Under the pieces are notes generated by a model that saw only the letters and a program-made list of their open reading frames with translations, did no database searches and was not told where the DNA came from. Made by a program: the position numbers and the translations under genes. Below are positions 1-10,812 of a stretch of 22,455 nucleotides of DNA, one piece after another (within the stretch, counting starts at the first letter, position 1; the number at the start of each line of letters is the position of its first letter). The DNA is from Octopus sinensis (Eukaryota). The stretch is taken from positions 1 to 22,455 of the forward strand of contig NW_021836796.1 of NCBI RefSeq assembly GCF_006345805.1, given 5' to 3'.

Positions 1-27
1 TCTAAAAAACTAGTTTTAAACTTCGAA

Positions 28-101
28 TGGCAATGGGGGATCCACCAGAGTAAAATAATAATCAAAAGGGTCCATAGGCAAAAAATAGTTGAGAACGTCT
101 A
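28..101. mobile_element. Possible decayed end of a hAT/Charlie-type non-autonomous DNA transposon
   Basis: gggtccataggcaaaaaatagttgagaacgtct resembles a hAT-Charlie right end (…ggttgagaacc[a/c]ctg). A cleaner ggttgagaaccactg occurs at 5496-5510. No partner TIR or TSD is seen. Confidence 0.3.
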
Positions 102-411
102 TTCTTGAAAGACATCAAAGCAATAACCATCCGGGTTAATAAACCCCATTTTAAAAAGGGAGAGTGGAGAGAGAGAGAGAAGGGGGGGGGCGGGGTTCTA
201 AAAATAAGATAATATGCATAAATACGCTGGCCATTCCAAATGTAAGCTATAGCTTTGATTTAATAAACCGTAAGTTCAATAAACTGAAGGCCTTGGACAA
301 GGAAACCAGGAGAAACCGGTAATTTCTGGTAACCTTCCTTCCTTACAATCCAAAACTGCAGAATATTCTGGGTGAGCACTAATTTTGTATTGTGGGAAAC
401 TTTTTGTGTTT

Positions 412-570
412 TTTTTTAAATATGAGGGTACAACATTGAATAGTGACGGGCCAGTGCTGTCCTGTACGCTCCTTAGCAACTTGAAAGTCAGTCAAACTTC
501 AAGAAATTTATATCAGGAAGATTTTTGTAAACTGTATTTTTTAAATGTGAGGGTACACCATTGTATAGTG
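412..570 (+). repeat. Direct repeat pair, 125 bp apart
   Basis: 412-445 ttttttaaatatgagggtacaacattgaatagtg versus 537-570 ttttttaaatgtgagggtacaccattgtatagtg (31/34 identical). Confidence 0.75.
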
Positions 571-578
571 CAACGGAA

Positions 579-792
579 TGCCCTTAACGTAGTTTTCGGG
601 GAGATTCAGCGTGACATAGAATATGATAAAGCTGGCCTTTTGAATTATAAGTACTACATAATTTTACCAGCTGAGTGAACTGGAGGAACATGAAATAAAG
701 TGTCTTGCTCAAGAACACAACGTACCGCCAGGAATCGAACTCATGGTCTCGCGATCATGAGCCGAATACCCTAACCATTAATCCACACGCCC
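579..792 (-). mobile_element. tRNA-derived SINE, family B (3'-truncated)
   Basis: The minus strand reads a tRNA-like head (A-box-like tggattaatgg, B box gagttcgattcc), then CORE-like gttgtgttcttgagcaagacact. It aligns over its length with 9413-9635. Confidence 0.85.
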
Positions 793-1014
793 ACCAATGT
801 ATTTACCTGCTTACCTATAAGCCATCCTAACCATTCTACCTGTTTCACCTCCAATACAACGTTCAGGCCAAATTCTTTATCTCCTCCGCGCCTCACCATT
901 AACACAACCATCACCACCTCCACTTCGACATCACCCCCACTAACTACAACCGCCACCTCAATCCCCCCTCAATATAACCACCACCTTGCACACTCCCGCC
1001 TCCTCACACTCCTC

Positions 1015-1113
1015 CCCGCTAACACAATCAGTTCTAACCAAAAACAACACACTTCACTTAGTAATTGATTTCCCTTCAGGGATCAATGGAATACTTGTGT
1101 GTATGGTGTATAT
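1015..1113 (+). repeat. Left arm of a ~100-bp inverted repeat (partner 2245-2341)
   Basis: cccgctaacacaatcagttctaaccaaaaacaacacac…agtaattgatttcccttcagggatcaatggaata…tgtgtatggtgt is the near reverse complement of 2245-2341. Confidence 0.85.
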
Positions 1114-1429
1114 ACATATATATATATATATATGTGTGCGTGTATATATTTATATGCATGTATGCATATGTGTGTGTGTGTGTAGGTGTATACATGCATA
1201 CATATATAAAGATATGTTATATATACGCACATTCCTATACCCACTTTGTGTGTGCGTGTCTGTGTGCACACACACACATATATATCAGTATATATATGTG
1301 TGTTTGTATGTGTGTGTGTATGTATATGTATATATATATGTGTGTGTGTGTATGTGTATACACATATGTGTATGTTTGTATGTATATAAATATAGATATA
1401 TACACACGCACAAACACAGATCTACCTAC

Positions 1430-1480
<51 letters not shown>

Positions 1481-1527
1481 AACACACACATATATATATA
1501 CACACACACACACATGTATATATACAT

Positions 1528-1608
<81 letters not shown>
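1108..1608. repeat. Compound microsatellite (TA/TG/CA/TC/GA)n
   Basis: Visible directly in the sequence. Confidence 0.95.
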
Positions 1609-1610
<2 letters not shown>

Positions 1611-1611
<1 letters not shown>

Positions 1612-1753
1612 AGCACATGGATGAATGATTAAGCAATTCGTTTCAAATTCTTGAATCTCCGTTTCATCCCACTACCTGGCATTCTGAGTACCTTTCGCCA
1701 CAGTCTTCGGCCAATCCAAGTATCGAAAGCGAAAACGGGGTAGATGGAAACTG
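1611..1753 (+). mobile_element. Highly decayed SINE family A 5' half
   Basis: Patches ttcatcccactacctggca and ggtagatggaaactg match family A (ttcagtcccactgcgtggca; ggtagacggaaactg) in the correct order. Confidence 0.4.
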
Positions 1754-1777
1754 TTCGTTAGTGACGAATGGATTCTC

Positions 1778-1935
1778 CCTGTGTTTCAAAGGACCACCTT
1801 CGCCAAAGCGTCACGCTGAATTATATTAGGGAAAAAATGGGTCTATGGAGCACTCCGCCACTTGCATAAAAATTCAGTTGGTAGGGAGTTGAGTGGATTG
1901 AATAATTGACTTGTTCGTCATCGAAACCGATAGTG
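1778..1935 (+). mobile_element. Decayed SINE family B 3' part
   Basis: cctgtgtttcaaaggaccacctt…gtcacgctgaat matches the reverse complement of 600-655 and 9440-9495. The 3' boundary is uncertain. Confidence 0.45.
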
Positions 1936-1944
1936 ATCCATTTA

Positions 1945-1971
1945 ATATAATATGTATATATATTATATATA

Positions 1972-2013
<42 letters not shown>

Positions 2014-2191
2014 AGGAAGAGCGAGGTTGCTTAAGCCTTTTCATATATATATATATACACATACACAAGCACTTATATATACACACTTAGATGGAGGTAT
2101 AAATGATTCTATATTTATTTACTTGCAACTATAGTATACTCTCTTACATATGTATGTATGTATCTATATACATACATACATACAAATTATA

Positions 2192-2237
<46 letters not shown>
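1945..2237. repeat. (TA)n-rich microsatellite tract
   Basis: Visible directly in the sequence. Confidence 0.9.
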
Positions 2238-2239
<2 letters not shown>

Positions 2240-2244
2240 ACAAA

Positions 2245-2341
2245 TATACACACCATACACATTTATTCCATTGATGCCTGAAGGAAAATCAATTACTGTG
2301 TGAGTGTGTTGTTTTTGGTTAGAACTGACTCTGTTAGCGGG
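2245..2341 (-). repeat. Right arm of the ~100-bp inverted repeat (partner 1015-1113)
   Basis: Near reverse complement of 1015-1113. Confidence 0.85.
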
Positions 2342-2394
2342 AAGAATTGTCTGGAAAGGGGGTGAGGTGATGATTGTGTACTTACATGCGTGAA

Positions 2395-2428
2395 TGTATA
2401 TATTATATACACTCACACACACACACAT

Positions 2429-2501
<73 letters not shown>

Positions 2502-2709
2502 ATATATATACACACATTCGTATAGACATCTTACACACGCATATATTTTCATACACATATATACATTCACATATATACACACCGACACGTACAAGACTTT
2601 AATACCTGTATACAAGACACGTGTTTCTGTGTAGATATATATATATTATATATATATATATGATATATATATGTCTCTATAATTATATATAGATGGGTGC
2701 GCACACGCA

Positions 2710-2750
<41 letters not shown>
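2395..2750. repeat. Compound (TA)n/(TG)n/(CA)n microsatellite
   Basis: Visible directly in the sequence. Confidence 0.9.
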
Positions 2751-2751
<1 letters not shown>

Positions 2752-2930
2752 TAGTTTTGTACCCACCGAAAATGACGGGGTTTATTTCTGTCTCTTTTCA
2801 CTGAGTCTTAATGGTTTGCTTCCAGCCTTGCGCCATTCCAATCCTGTTTGATTTTCTCTTTCCATTTATTCATCTTATTTTAACCTCCAGTCTTCATTCT
2901 GCTTCTTGTTGCGTTTCTTCTTATCGTTCT

Positions 2931-3583
2931 ACACCACCACCACCACCACCACCATCACCACCGACGCCACTATTACATACCCTTCTCTTCCTCCTCCTCC
3001 TCCTCACGTCAAGCACTGACGTCTTCTCTTTCTACTAATCCTCGTCTTCTTCCTCCAGTTCGAAGACGACCAGTTTCTCTGTTATTGATAGCTTCTTCGA
3101 CTGATTGACTTGCAATTACCTGCTGGTGTATTTGAAAAGTTCTCATTCTCTTTCATTATTATTCATTGACTCCCACAATTCCTTATTTCTTCTCTTTCTT
3201 TTTGCCCCCTCCCCTCTCTCTGCATATATAAGTCTATGTGTATGACTTGAGGTTTCCCAAAATCTACTTTCACCTCTTCATTTACAAACGGCTTCCAATC
3301 TTTCTCCACATACACACCCATACACACATTTCAATAGCGTAGATGAATCCCTCTCTCTTTCTCTCTCTTTCTCTCTCTCCCTCTCTCTATCGTTCTCTCA
3401 CTCTCTCTCACCACTGTTATCACTTAATCTCGCTATTTCACCTCAGCATTGTAGATCTCAGTTTTCTTTCTTTAAACGTTTTCCTCTTATTCGCACTCTC
3501 TCTCTTGCTGACTATATTTCTCATCCTGCTCACCTGAATGCATGTCTCTCTTGTTAATTAACTACTAGCTATTTCTTTCTCTC

Positions 3584-3616
<33 letters not shown>

Positions 3617-3640
3617 TTCTCTCTTTCTCTATATCTCCTC
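2931..3640. repeat. Low-complexity pyrimidine-rich region with (CAC)n, (CTC)n and (TC)n tracts
   Basis: Visible directly in the sequence. Confidence 0.75.
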
Positions 3641-3940
3641 CTCCACCAAACTCCTACTTATTTGTTGATATAATCCACACTTCTTTTTATTATTCTTTCT
3701 CTTTCACTTTTCTTAGCATCATGGCAACTGCTCTCACTCACCCATTATTTTATTGCGTTACATCTCTAATTCGTTCTCTGCAGAGCCTTGTATTTATCTT
3801 ATCTATCTTATTTTTAAGAGGGACCTCTTATTTTCCTTTTTCCATGAAATCCTTGGTAGCTTTGTTAACCCAAAGAATATTTATCCACCAATGTGGCTTT
3901 GAACACTCATTCTCATTGTTCGACATTAGCGTTTATATAT

Positions 3941-4349
3941 ACTCTTTTTCTCTTGTACTTGTTTCAGTCATTTGACTGCGGCCATGCTGGAGCACCGCCT
4001 TCAGTTGAGCAAATCGACCCCAGGGTTTATTCTTAGTAAGCCTACTACTTATTTCTATCGGTCTCTTTTGCCGAACCGCTAAGTTACAAGGACGTAAACG
4101 CACCAGCATCGGTTGTCAAACGATGTTGGGAGGACAAACACAGGCACACAAAGGCACACACACATACTCACACACACACACACACACACATACATATATA
4201 CGACGGGCTTCTTTCAGTTTTCGTCTACCAAATCCACTCACAAGGCTTTGGTTGGCCCGAGGCTATAGTAGAAGACACTTGTCCAAAGTGTCATGCAGTG
4301 GGACTGAACTCAGAACCATGTGACTCGGAAGCGAACTTTTTACTACACA
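3941..4349 (-). mobile_element. tRNA-derived SINE, family A, near full length
   Basis: Collinear with 17229-17612 and 18578-18978: tail (cttgtttcagtcatttgactgcggccatgctggagcaccgcc), central (CA)n, then CORE-like segment and tRNA-like head. Confidence 0.92.
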
Positions 4350-4734
4350 CATTGTGAAACAAGTTCCTGTCTTAATGAGAGGTTTTAATGAAGTTTCGGC
4401 TGCTATTTCCATCAAATAAATCAAGGTAACCGATTTAAAATGTCCCTTCATTGATTCGATTGTGGTTCCTAATTACGACTAACAGGACTGAGGCTTTGAA
4501 ATTTAAGCCTCTTTGCTACTGGGATATAACTACGCCACCTGACGTCACCATCAATAATGCTGATTCGCAAAGCAAGTAGCTTTACATTGGTAACAGCTGG
4601 TTGATTGTGTGTGTGTGAGTGTGTGTGTTTATATGGCTGAGTCAGAAGAAGGACAACGCCCATGAGCATTTATAAAATTTATTCCCACGTTGCGTAATGG
4701 GAACTCAAGATCTCATTACTCAACGTGTTTCTGT

Positions 4735-5090
4735 TTCTTAGATAGGATGTGATTCGAGGTAGATTTGGCTGCTATTTCTAGCATACGGATTATCCATGTA
4801 GAGGCGCCCTCTTTTACTCCTTAATACTGTTGCATAAGCTCTTCCTACAACGGAAGAATGTGGTTTGAGGGATATTTGGTTACTATTTTTTGTATTACAT
4901 ACCACGTCGGGGCTCCATCGGTGATATTGCTGCAGTTGTGTAACCACTTCCTAAAAAGGAGTTTGTTGTGAGATACATTTGGCTGCTCTTTCTAGCATTA
5001 TAAATCACGTAAAAGCTCCCCCGCTGGTTTACAGTTGTTGTTGCGTAACATCTTCATAAAACTGTGATTTGAGGGACATTTGACAGCTTT
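4735..5090 (+). repeat. Degenerate tandem array (~101-111-bp unit) of interspersed repeat family C
   Basis: The motif tgtgatttgagggacatttggctgctatttctagca recurs with its attt(g) anchor at 4763, 4874, 4977 and 5078. Further copies lie at about 5515-5640 and 7330-7397. Confidence 0.75.
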
Positions 5091-5156
5091 GAAATAGCCT
5101 GATCAGGGTTAGGAATAGGGTTAAGATTAGGGTTTCGCGATAGGATTTAGAATACT

Positions 5157-5398
5157 CCAGCACCGGTCAAGTGGGGTGGGGGACAAGTACAGACACACCC
5201 ACACCCACGTATACACACACACACACACACACACACAATGGGCTTCTTTTAGTTTCCATCTACCAAATCCACTCACAAGGCTTTGGTCGGCCCGAGGCTA
5301 TAGTAGAAGACACTTGCCCAAGGTGCCACGCAGTAGGACTGAACCCGGAACCATGTGGTTAGTAAGCAAGCTACTTACCACACAGCCACCCCTGCGCC
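5157..5398 (-). mobile_element. SINE family A, 5' half plus central microsatellite (3'-truncated)
   Basis: High identity to 18760-18978, with an intact head ggcgcaggggtggctgtgtggtaagtagcttgcttactaaccacatggttccgggttcagtcc. Confidence 0.92.
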
Positions 5399-5514
5399 TA
5401 TTAGGAATAGAACGTTTGAAAAATTGAAATATTTTGAGTGTTTTAGAAGTATAATCAATTTAGCGCACATAAATTTTAACAACAAAATTTTTCATGGTTG
5501 AGAACCACTGACAT

Positions 5515-5640
5515 TGAGGCTCCCTCGTTGGCTCGCTGTTGCTGTTGTATATCCTCTTTCTAAGACGGAAGAGTGTGATTTGAAGAACATTGGGTTGCTA
5601 TTTCTAGCATGTCTGACTACGTAGTGGCTCCGTTGCTGAC
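5515..5640 (+). repeat. Repeat family C unit
   Basis: gaggctccctcgttggctcgctgttgctgttgtatatcctctttctaagacggaagagtgtgatttgaagaacattgggttgctatttctagcat matches the units at 4735-5090. Confidence 0.7.
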
Positions 5641-6721
5641 TAGTTTCGGGAAGGTGCTCCATAGTTTGTGAACGGGTACGTACCATTCACATTTATGCGC
5701 ATCCGTTGGAAGCATGTTTCCTTTTATTGACTGTCACCTCACCTCGACACTGACAACCCTCTTTCCCATTTGATTACGGCCACCTTTGGGCTAACCCTCT
5801 GTCTACATCCGCGCCAGATGTTTGCTGTTCACTTGCCGCCATTTTTGCATTCGATGTTGAGGATATCAAACCGCTGTTTCTTACTTCTCACAAAGTCGTT
5901 CTTCATTTGTTACCGCTCCAACATTTCCACTACAACCATTTATAATACCACCACCACCACCACCACCATCATCATTCTTTTCTAGTACAATTACTACTAC
6001 TACTACCACCACCACTCCTCCTACTCTACGTCTTCCTCCTACTCCTACTCCTCCCGCTTTTCAAACCTTAACAATCAGCAAACAAAATGTCTGCCACGCT
6101 ACTCTATCGATTCGCTAAATGTTCTTTATTTATATTAACGAGGTGTTGTTAGAAGTAGTTATGTGGTTGAGATGAATAGACCGTATTCACTGTAACACTA
6201 ATGCTTAACTAATACACCGCTCAAATGGAGTCGAACGAAGGTGTGCTGTGTTGTGTTGTGTGTGCGTGTGTGTAAATGTGTGTGAATGTGCATCTATCAA
6301 TAAAATAGATTAAAAGAAACAAAGCCGCCATACCACCGATATTAGAGAGTCCATGCTCCTTCTCTTAAACGTCACAAAGCAAAAACAACAACAACAACAG
6401 CAACGACAATAATTTTAACAATAGCAAAAACTAACTGCATGACATCGATTGTAATGAAAGAGTCTCTCTATTTCCCAGGGCAAACGACTTATTTTATTGT
6501 TAATAACTCTTGTTAATCCATATGTACTGAACTAACAGCTGTGAAATTGATACACTTGAATAACGAACGACGGAGAACGAACGACACAATCGGTCGCATT
6601 TGATGAAAGAAATACTCTCTAGGGAACCTCTACGTGAGGTGGGGGCGTCGGTGACAGAATGAAGGAGCTGGGAACGACCCTCAAGTGAACCGCAGAGGCG
6701 TTTGGTTATACGCCGCAGCCT

Positions 6722-6868
6722 TTTCATCTTTTAATTGTTTCAGTCATTGGACTGTGGCCATGCTGGGGCATCAGCCTGAAGGGTTTTAGTCGAACAAAAT
6801 AATCTATTGTTTTTTTTTAGGCTTGTACATATTCTATCGGACTCTGTATGGCGGACCGCTAAGTTACG
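6722..6868 (-). mobile_element. SINE family A 3' fragment (duplicate of 6890-7039)
   Basis: gtttcagtcattggactgtggccatgctggggcatcagc…accgctaagtt. Confidence 0.85.
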
Positions 6869-6889
6869 TTCGGTTATATGCCGCAGTAT

Positions 6890-7165
6890 TTTCATCTTTT
6901 AATCGTTTCAGTCATTGGACTGTGGCCATGCTGGGGCATCAGCTTGAAGGGTTTTAGTCGAACAAGATGATCTATTGTTTGTTTTCTTTTTAGTCTGGTA
7001 CATATTCTGTCAAACTCTATATGGTGAACCGCTAAGTTGCGGGGCGTGAACAACCCAACACCGGTTGTCAAGCGGTATGGTGGGCATGCACACGGACACA
7101 CACACATACACATGCATACACACACATACGTCGGGCTTCCACACAGTTTCCGTTTACCAAATTCA
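6890..7165 (-). mobile_element. SINE family A, older subfamily, 5'-truncated
   Basis: Tail, central (CA)n and gggcttccacacagtttccgtttaccaaattca are present; the head is missing. Confidence 0.85.
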
Positions 7166-7324
7166 ATCACTACGCAATGTATGTACCACAGTCACGTAGC
7201 TCTAATGACAGCGTATGTACTGCAGTCGCACAATACCATAGATATTCCAAATGTGGCCATCTCGTCTTTTTTCGCTTTTCAGACACATTGCATCTAGGAT
7301 TACATTAGGCAATGTCTCAATTTT

Positions 7325-7397
7325 TGAAAAACGGTTAGTGTGTGACTTGATGGATATTTGGCTGCTACTTCTAGCAGGTCAAACGAGCAGGTAAAGG
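7325..7397 (+). repeat. Repeat family C dispersed copy (may extend upstream to about 7240)
   Basis: gtgtgtgacttgatggatatttggctgctacttctagcagg matches the family C motif. Confidence 0.65.
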
Positions 7398-7796
7398 TAA
7401 CTTCTTCCCATTTGCCTCGATCGTTTGTTTAGTTGTAAAGATAGTTGTAATGATAGTTGTAAAGGCATGTTGTTATAAATGTCGTAAAAGTCGAGCAGAA
7501 GGGTCAGCCCTTAAAATTCCAAACGTCCTTTAAATAAGACATTTATTTACATTTCAGCGTTGGCATTGACTAAATAATATATACGCGCCGTTCAAAGGAA
7601 GTTGGATTGCAGGTAGAGGTGGGCGGTTTTAAGGGTCTTCTTTTTGATCCTTTGTCTTCTGTTTCTTAGGGGCAACTAAACACTGACCCCTGACCACTGG
7701 GGCTGGACAGCAAAGACATTAGTATTCAATATTTATGATTTCGAGTTTCACTTAGGGATTAAATGAAAAAAAAATAACTGGTTTACACTTTTCACC

Positions 7797-7933
7797 CTCT
7801 TCTCATTTTACTTGTTTTAGTCACAGGATTGCGGCCTTCCTGGAGCACTGCCTTGTAAGTGTAGCTGCGATTGAACCGACCCTTCTGGTTCTTATTCTAT
7901 TCGCTTCTTTTATAGCGAGCCGCTAAGTTATGA
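7797..7933 (-). mobile_element. Decayed SINE family A 3' fragment
   Basis: ttttacttgttttagtcacaggattgcggccttcctggagcactgcc…gagccgctaagtta. Confidence 0.7.
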
Positions 7934-7938
7934 GGAGG

Positions 7939-8212
7939 GGATCTTTTCTGTTTGAACGGCAGTTTTTTTCTAGCGGTGTCATATGAAATTGTCACCCATA
8001 ATTATGACCCTAGTATCGATCTATTGCATTTCAATCTGTTTTAGGGTTAGGGTTAGGGGTGGGGGGAAGGGTATCTTTTTTTCTTCACAAATGTAAATAA
8101 ACCCAAACTGTTTCTTAAACGAGGGGCATATTCATACGGCACAGAATGTTTTCACCTCAATAGACGTCATTGATCGGTTGAAATTGCAGAAATTGAAGCA
8201 AAAAAACATCTC
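7939..8212. mobile_element. Left part of a GGATC-terminated TIR/MITE-like element with an internal (TTAGGG)n tract
   Basis: It starts ggatcttttctgtttgaacggcagtttt, 20/28 identical to the reverse complement of the 9385-9412 end. It carries ttagggttagggttagggg at 8041-8059 and shares attgat(c/t)ggtt(g/a)aaatt with the 9225 region. It truncates a SINE at its left edge. Confidence 0.6.
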
Positions 8213-8575
8213 AGATGGAAATGACTGAAACAAGTGATATCAGTTGTCTTTCGTCAGCGGCGTAGCTCTCGAGAAGAGAACCCATTTCATATTCACATGG
8301 TGTTTTCGTTATACTGGATCATATTGGGGTCTTCTCAAACCAACATTAGGTTTAGCAGGGAAATTCTTGTGAATTTATGGTTGACCCCATACACCTACAT
8401 ATATTTGGGCAGACCTGGGTAAGCTTTTGTGGGAAGGAAGACAATCAGTTGACCTTCCATTTCCCCCATCACTGATGTTTATCCAAGAGAAAGGCCATGA
8501 ATGCAAAGCGTCACACTAACACCTGTCACAAGATAACACACCTGGATCTCTAACAGTTCCACTAACCCTGTATTT

Positions 8576-8710
8576 GTACATTTTCTCGGCCCTGAAAGGA
8601 TAATTGAAGAAACTATTAACCTCGGCAGCATTTGAACTCAGAACTTATTGTTCTGAAACAACGCAACGTCTTTTATCCAACGCTCTAGAAACAATTCCAC
8701 GTCGCCGCCT
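8576..8710 (-). mobile_element. Decayed tRNA-derived SINE, family D
   Basis: cctcggcagcatttgaactcagaac…cgccgcct matches 13973-14061. The minus-strand atcctttcagggccgagaaaatgtac resembles the Nin/Deu SINE domain (from memory). Confidence 0.6.
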
Positions 8711-8986
8711 CGTTACAATGTAAAATAGCAGTGTAATCTACAAGCACATCATTTACCAATGATATAATCTTCGGGCAGTCGGGTATAATCCTCTGGTAAT
8801 CCATAAACCCAAAGCGTAATCTTCTGGTTGATTTAGCGTGTTGAAGCTAGCCCTTCGAATTACGGGTACAAGGTATCATACGGGCTCCCACAAGGATCCC
8901 GTTTACCTCTATCTCACGCTTAAGATACAGGTGTTAACATTTCGATTGGTCAGTTACACCACCGTGGGCGTGGCCGTGTGGTAAAG

Positions 8987-9412
8987 CATGACATGTATTC
9001 AGCTGAATAAAATTACTGCCGTTGTTTGTCAACAACAACTATCGGCGGTGTATTTTTCGTATGACATCGTTCGTGCGTTTGTACTGGTTTCAATGTTTTA
9101 GGGTTAGGGTTTTATAGGGTTAGCGTTAAGGTTGTCATAAATAACAGTGAAAAACGAAAAATACACCACCGGAAGTTCTTGTTGACAAACAACAGTAGTG
9201 ATTTTATTCAGCTGAATACACGATATTGATTGGTTAAAATTACCGAAATACGAGAACTTTAACGTGAAATAACTTCGTAAATATAAGTTTTCCCCCAAAA
9301 TGCTAAGAGTAAAAGATGTTTAATATGACACATTCTACCAGTGTCCGAAGTTTGAAAGTGTTTAGTTACCAAAAATTATTTTTTAAATCTGTAGGTCAAA
9401 AGATAAAGATCC
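8987..9412. mobile_element. Centre and right part of a GGATC-terminated TIR/foldback element with a 67-bp internal inverted repeat around a TTAGGG-like loop
   Basis: 8994-9060 and 9154-9220 are inverted (60/67 identical). The loop contains ttagggttagggttttatagggttagcgttaagg. The element ends …ggtcaaaagataaagatcc at 9412, directly abutting a family B SINE. Confidence 0.7.
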
Positions 9413-9635
9413 GTGTATCCCTAACGCAGTTCTCAGGGAGATTCAGCGTGACACAGAATATGACTGGGGGCTGGTCCTTTTGAATTACGGGTACAACTCA
9501 TGTTTGCAAGCGAAAATGGACTGCAGCAACGTGAAATAAAATGCCTTGCTGAAGGACCCAACACGCGGCCAGGTATCGAGCTTGCGACCTTACGATCGTG
9601 ATCCGAACACCTCTAACCACTAATCCACGCACCTT
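9413..9635 (-). mobile_element. SINE family B (3'-truncated)
   Basis: Collinear with 579-792; tRNA-like head ggtgcgtggattagtggttagaggtgttcggatcacgatcgtaaggtcgcaagctcgatacc. Confidence 0.85.
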
Positions 9636-10000
9636 TACACACACATACACACACATTCGACTGTGAGCGATTTAACCTATGTCCCGAGAAATCACCGATA
9701 TTCAAACATCAAAGACAAAATACAATATCGATTTCATATACCAGTCTGTCAGCTTTTTGAAAAGACAACAAAAATTACAAAAAACAACAACAAAATAAAT
9801 AAAAAGTAAACAAAATAAAAATCTCAAAACGGATATTGATGTGTGTGTGTGTGTGTTTATGTGTATGTGTGTATGTGTGTGGGCCCATTTAATCGATAGC
9901 CCGCGGTTCTTTTCATCTTGGGTATTAAATGCTATTGTATGTTTATTACGTCTGCAGTGTAAATGGGTGTGTATGTGTATGCAGTTGCATGCATGTGTGT

Positions 10001-10492
10001 GTAGATGTGTGTGTATATATGTATATGTATGTGTGTATCTATCACTATACATATGTGTATGTATGTATATGTAGTTCATTGTATTTGTGTATTCATAAAT
10101 GTATTTATGTGTATATACATACACATGTATAAAATACACACACAACATATATATGCATATAAATACACACACACACATACATGCATATGTACGTGTATAT
10201 ATATGTGTGTGTGTGTGTGTATGCATGTGTTTCGATGTGTATACGTATATATGTATGTTTGTATATGTACATGATTGCATGTGTATGTATATGTGCGTAG
10301 ATGTGTGTATATATGTATATGCAAGCGTGTATCTATCACTATACATATGTGTATGTATGTATATGTAGTTCATTGTATTTGTGTATTCACAAATGTGTTT
10401 ATATGTATATAAATACACGTGTATAAAATACACTCATACACACACATATATGCATATAAATGCACACGCACACATACATGCATATATACGTG

Positions 10493-10527
<35 letters not shown>

Positions 10528-10779
10528 ATGTATATATTTCGATGTGTATACGTATATATGTATGTTTGTATATGTGCGTAGATGTGTGTAAATATGTATA
10601 TGTATGCGTGTATCTATCACTATACATATGAGTATCTATGTATATGTAGTTCATTGTATTTGTGTATTCATAAATGTGTTTATGTGTATATACATACACG
10701 TGTATAAAATGCACACACACACACACATATATATAGGCATTTAAATATACACACACACATATACCTGCATATATACATG

Positions 10780-10812
<33 letters not shown>

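Noticed and set aside
283-377. Open frame ending at a ctgg|gtgagc donor-like site
   Set aside because: No polypyrimidine acceptor or homology, and it overlaps a decayed tandem duplication.
8234-8422. ORF ending near a ctgg|gtaag donor-like site
   Set aside because: No acceptor or recognisable homology; it lies among repeat fragments.
8041-9133. Telomere or chromosome-fusion site
   Set aside because: Only about 3-5 degenerate TTAGGG units per tract, all in one orientation and inside TIR-like elements.
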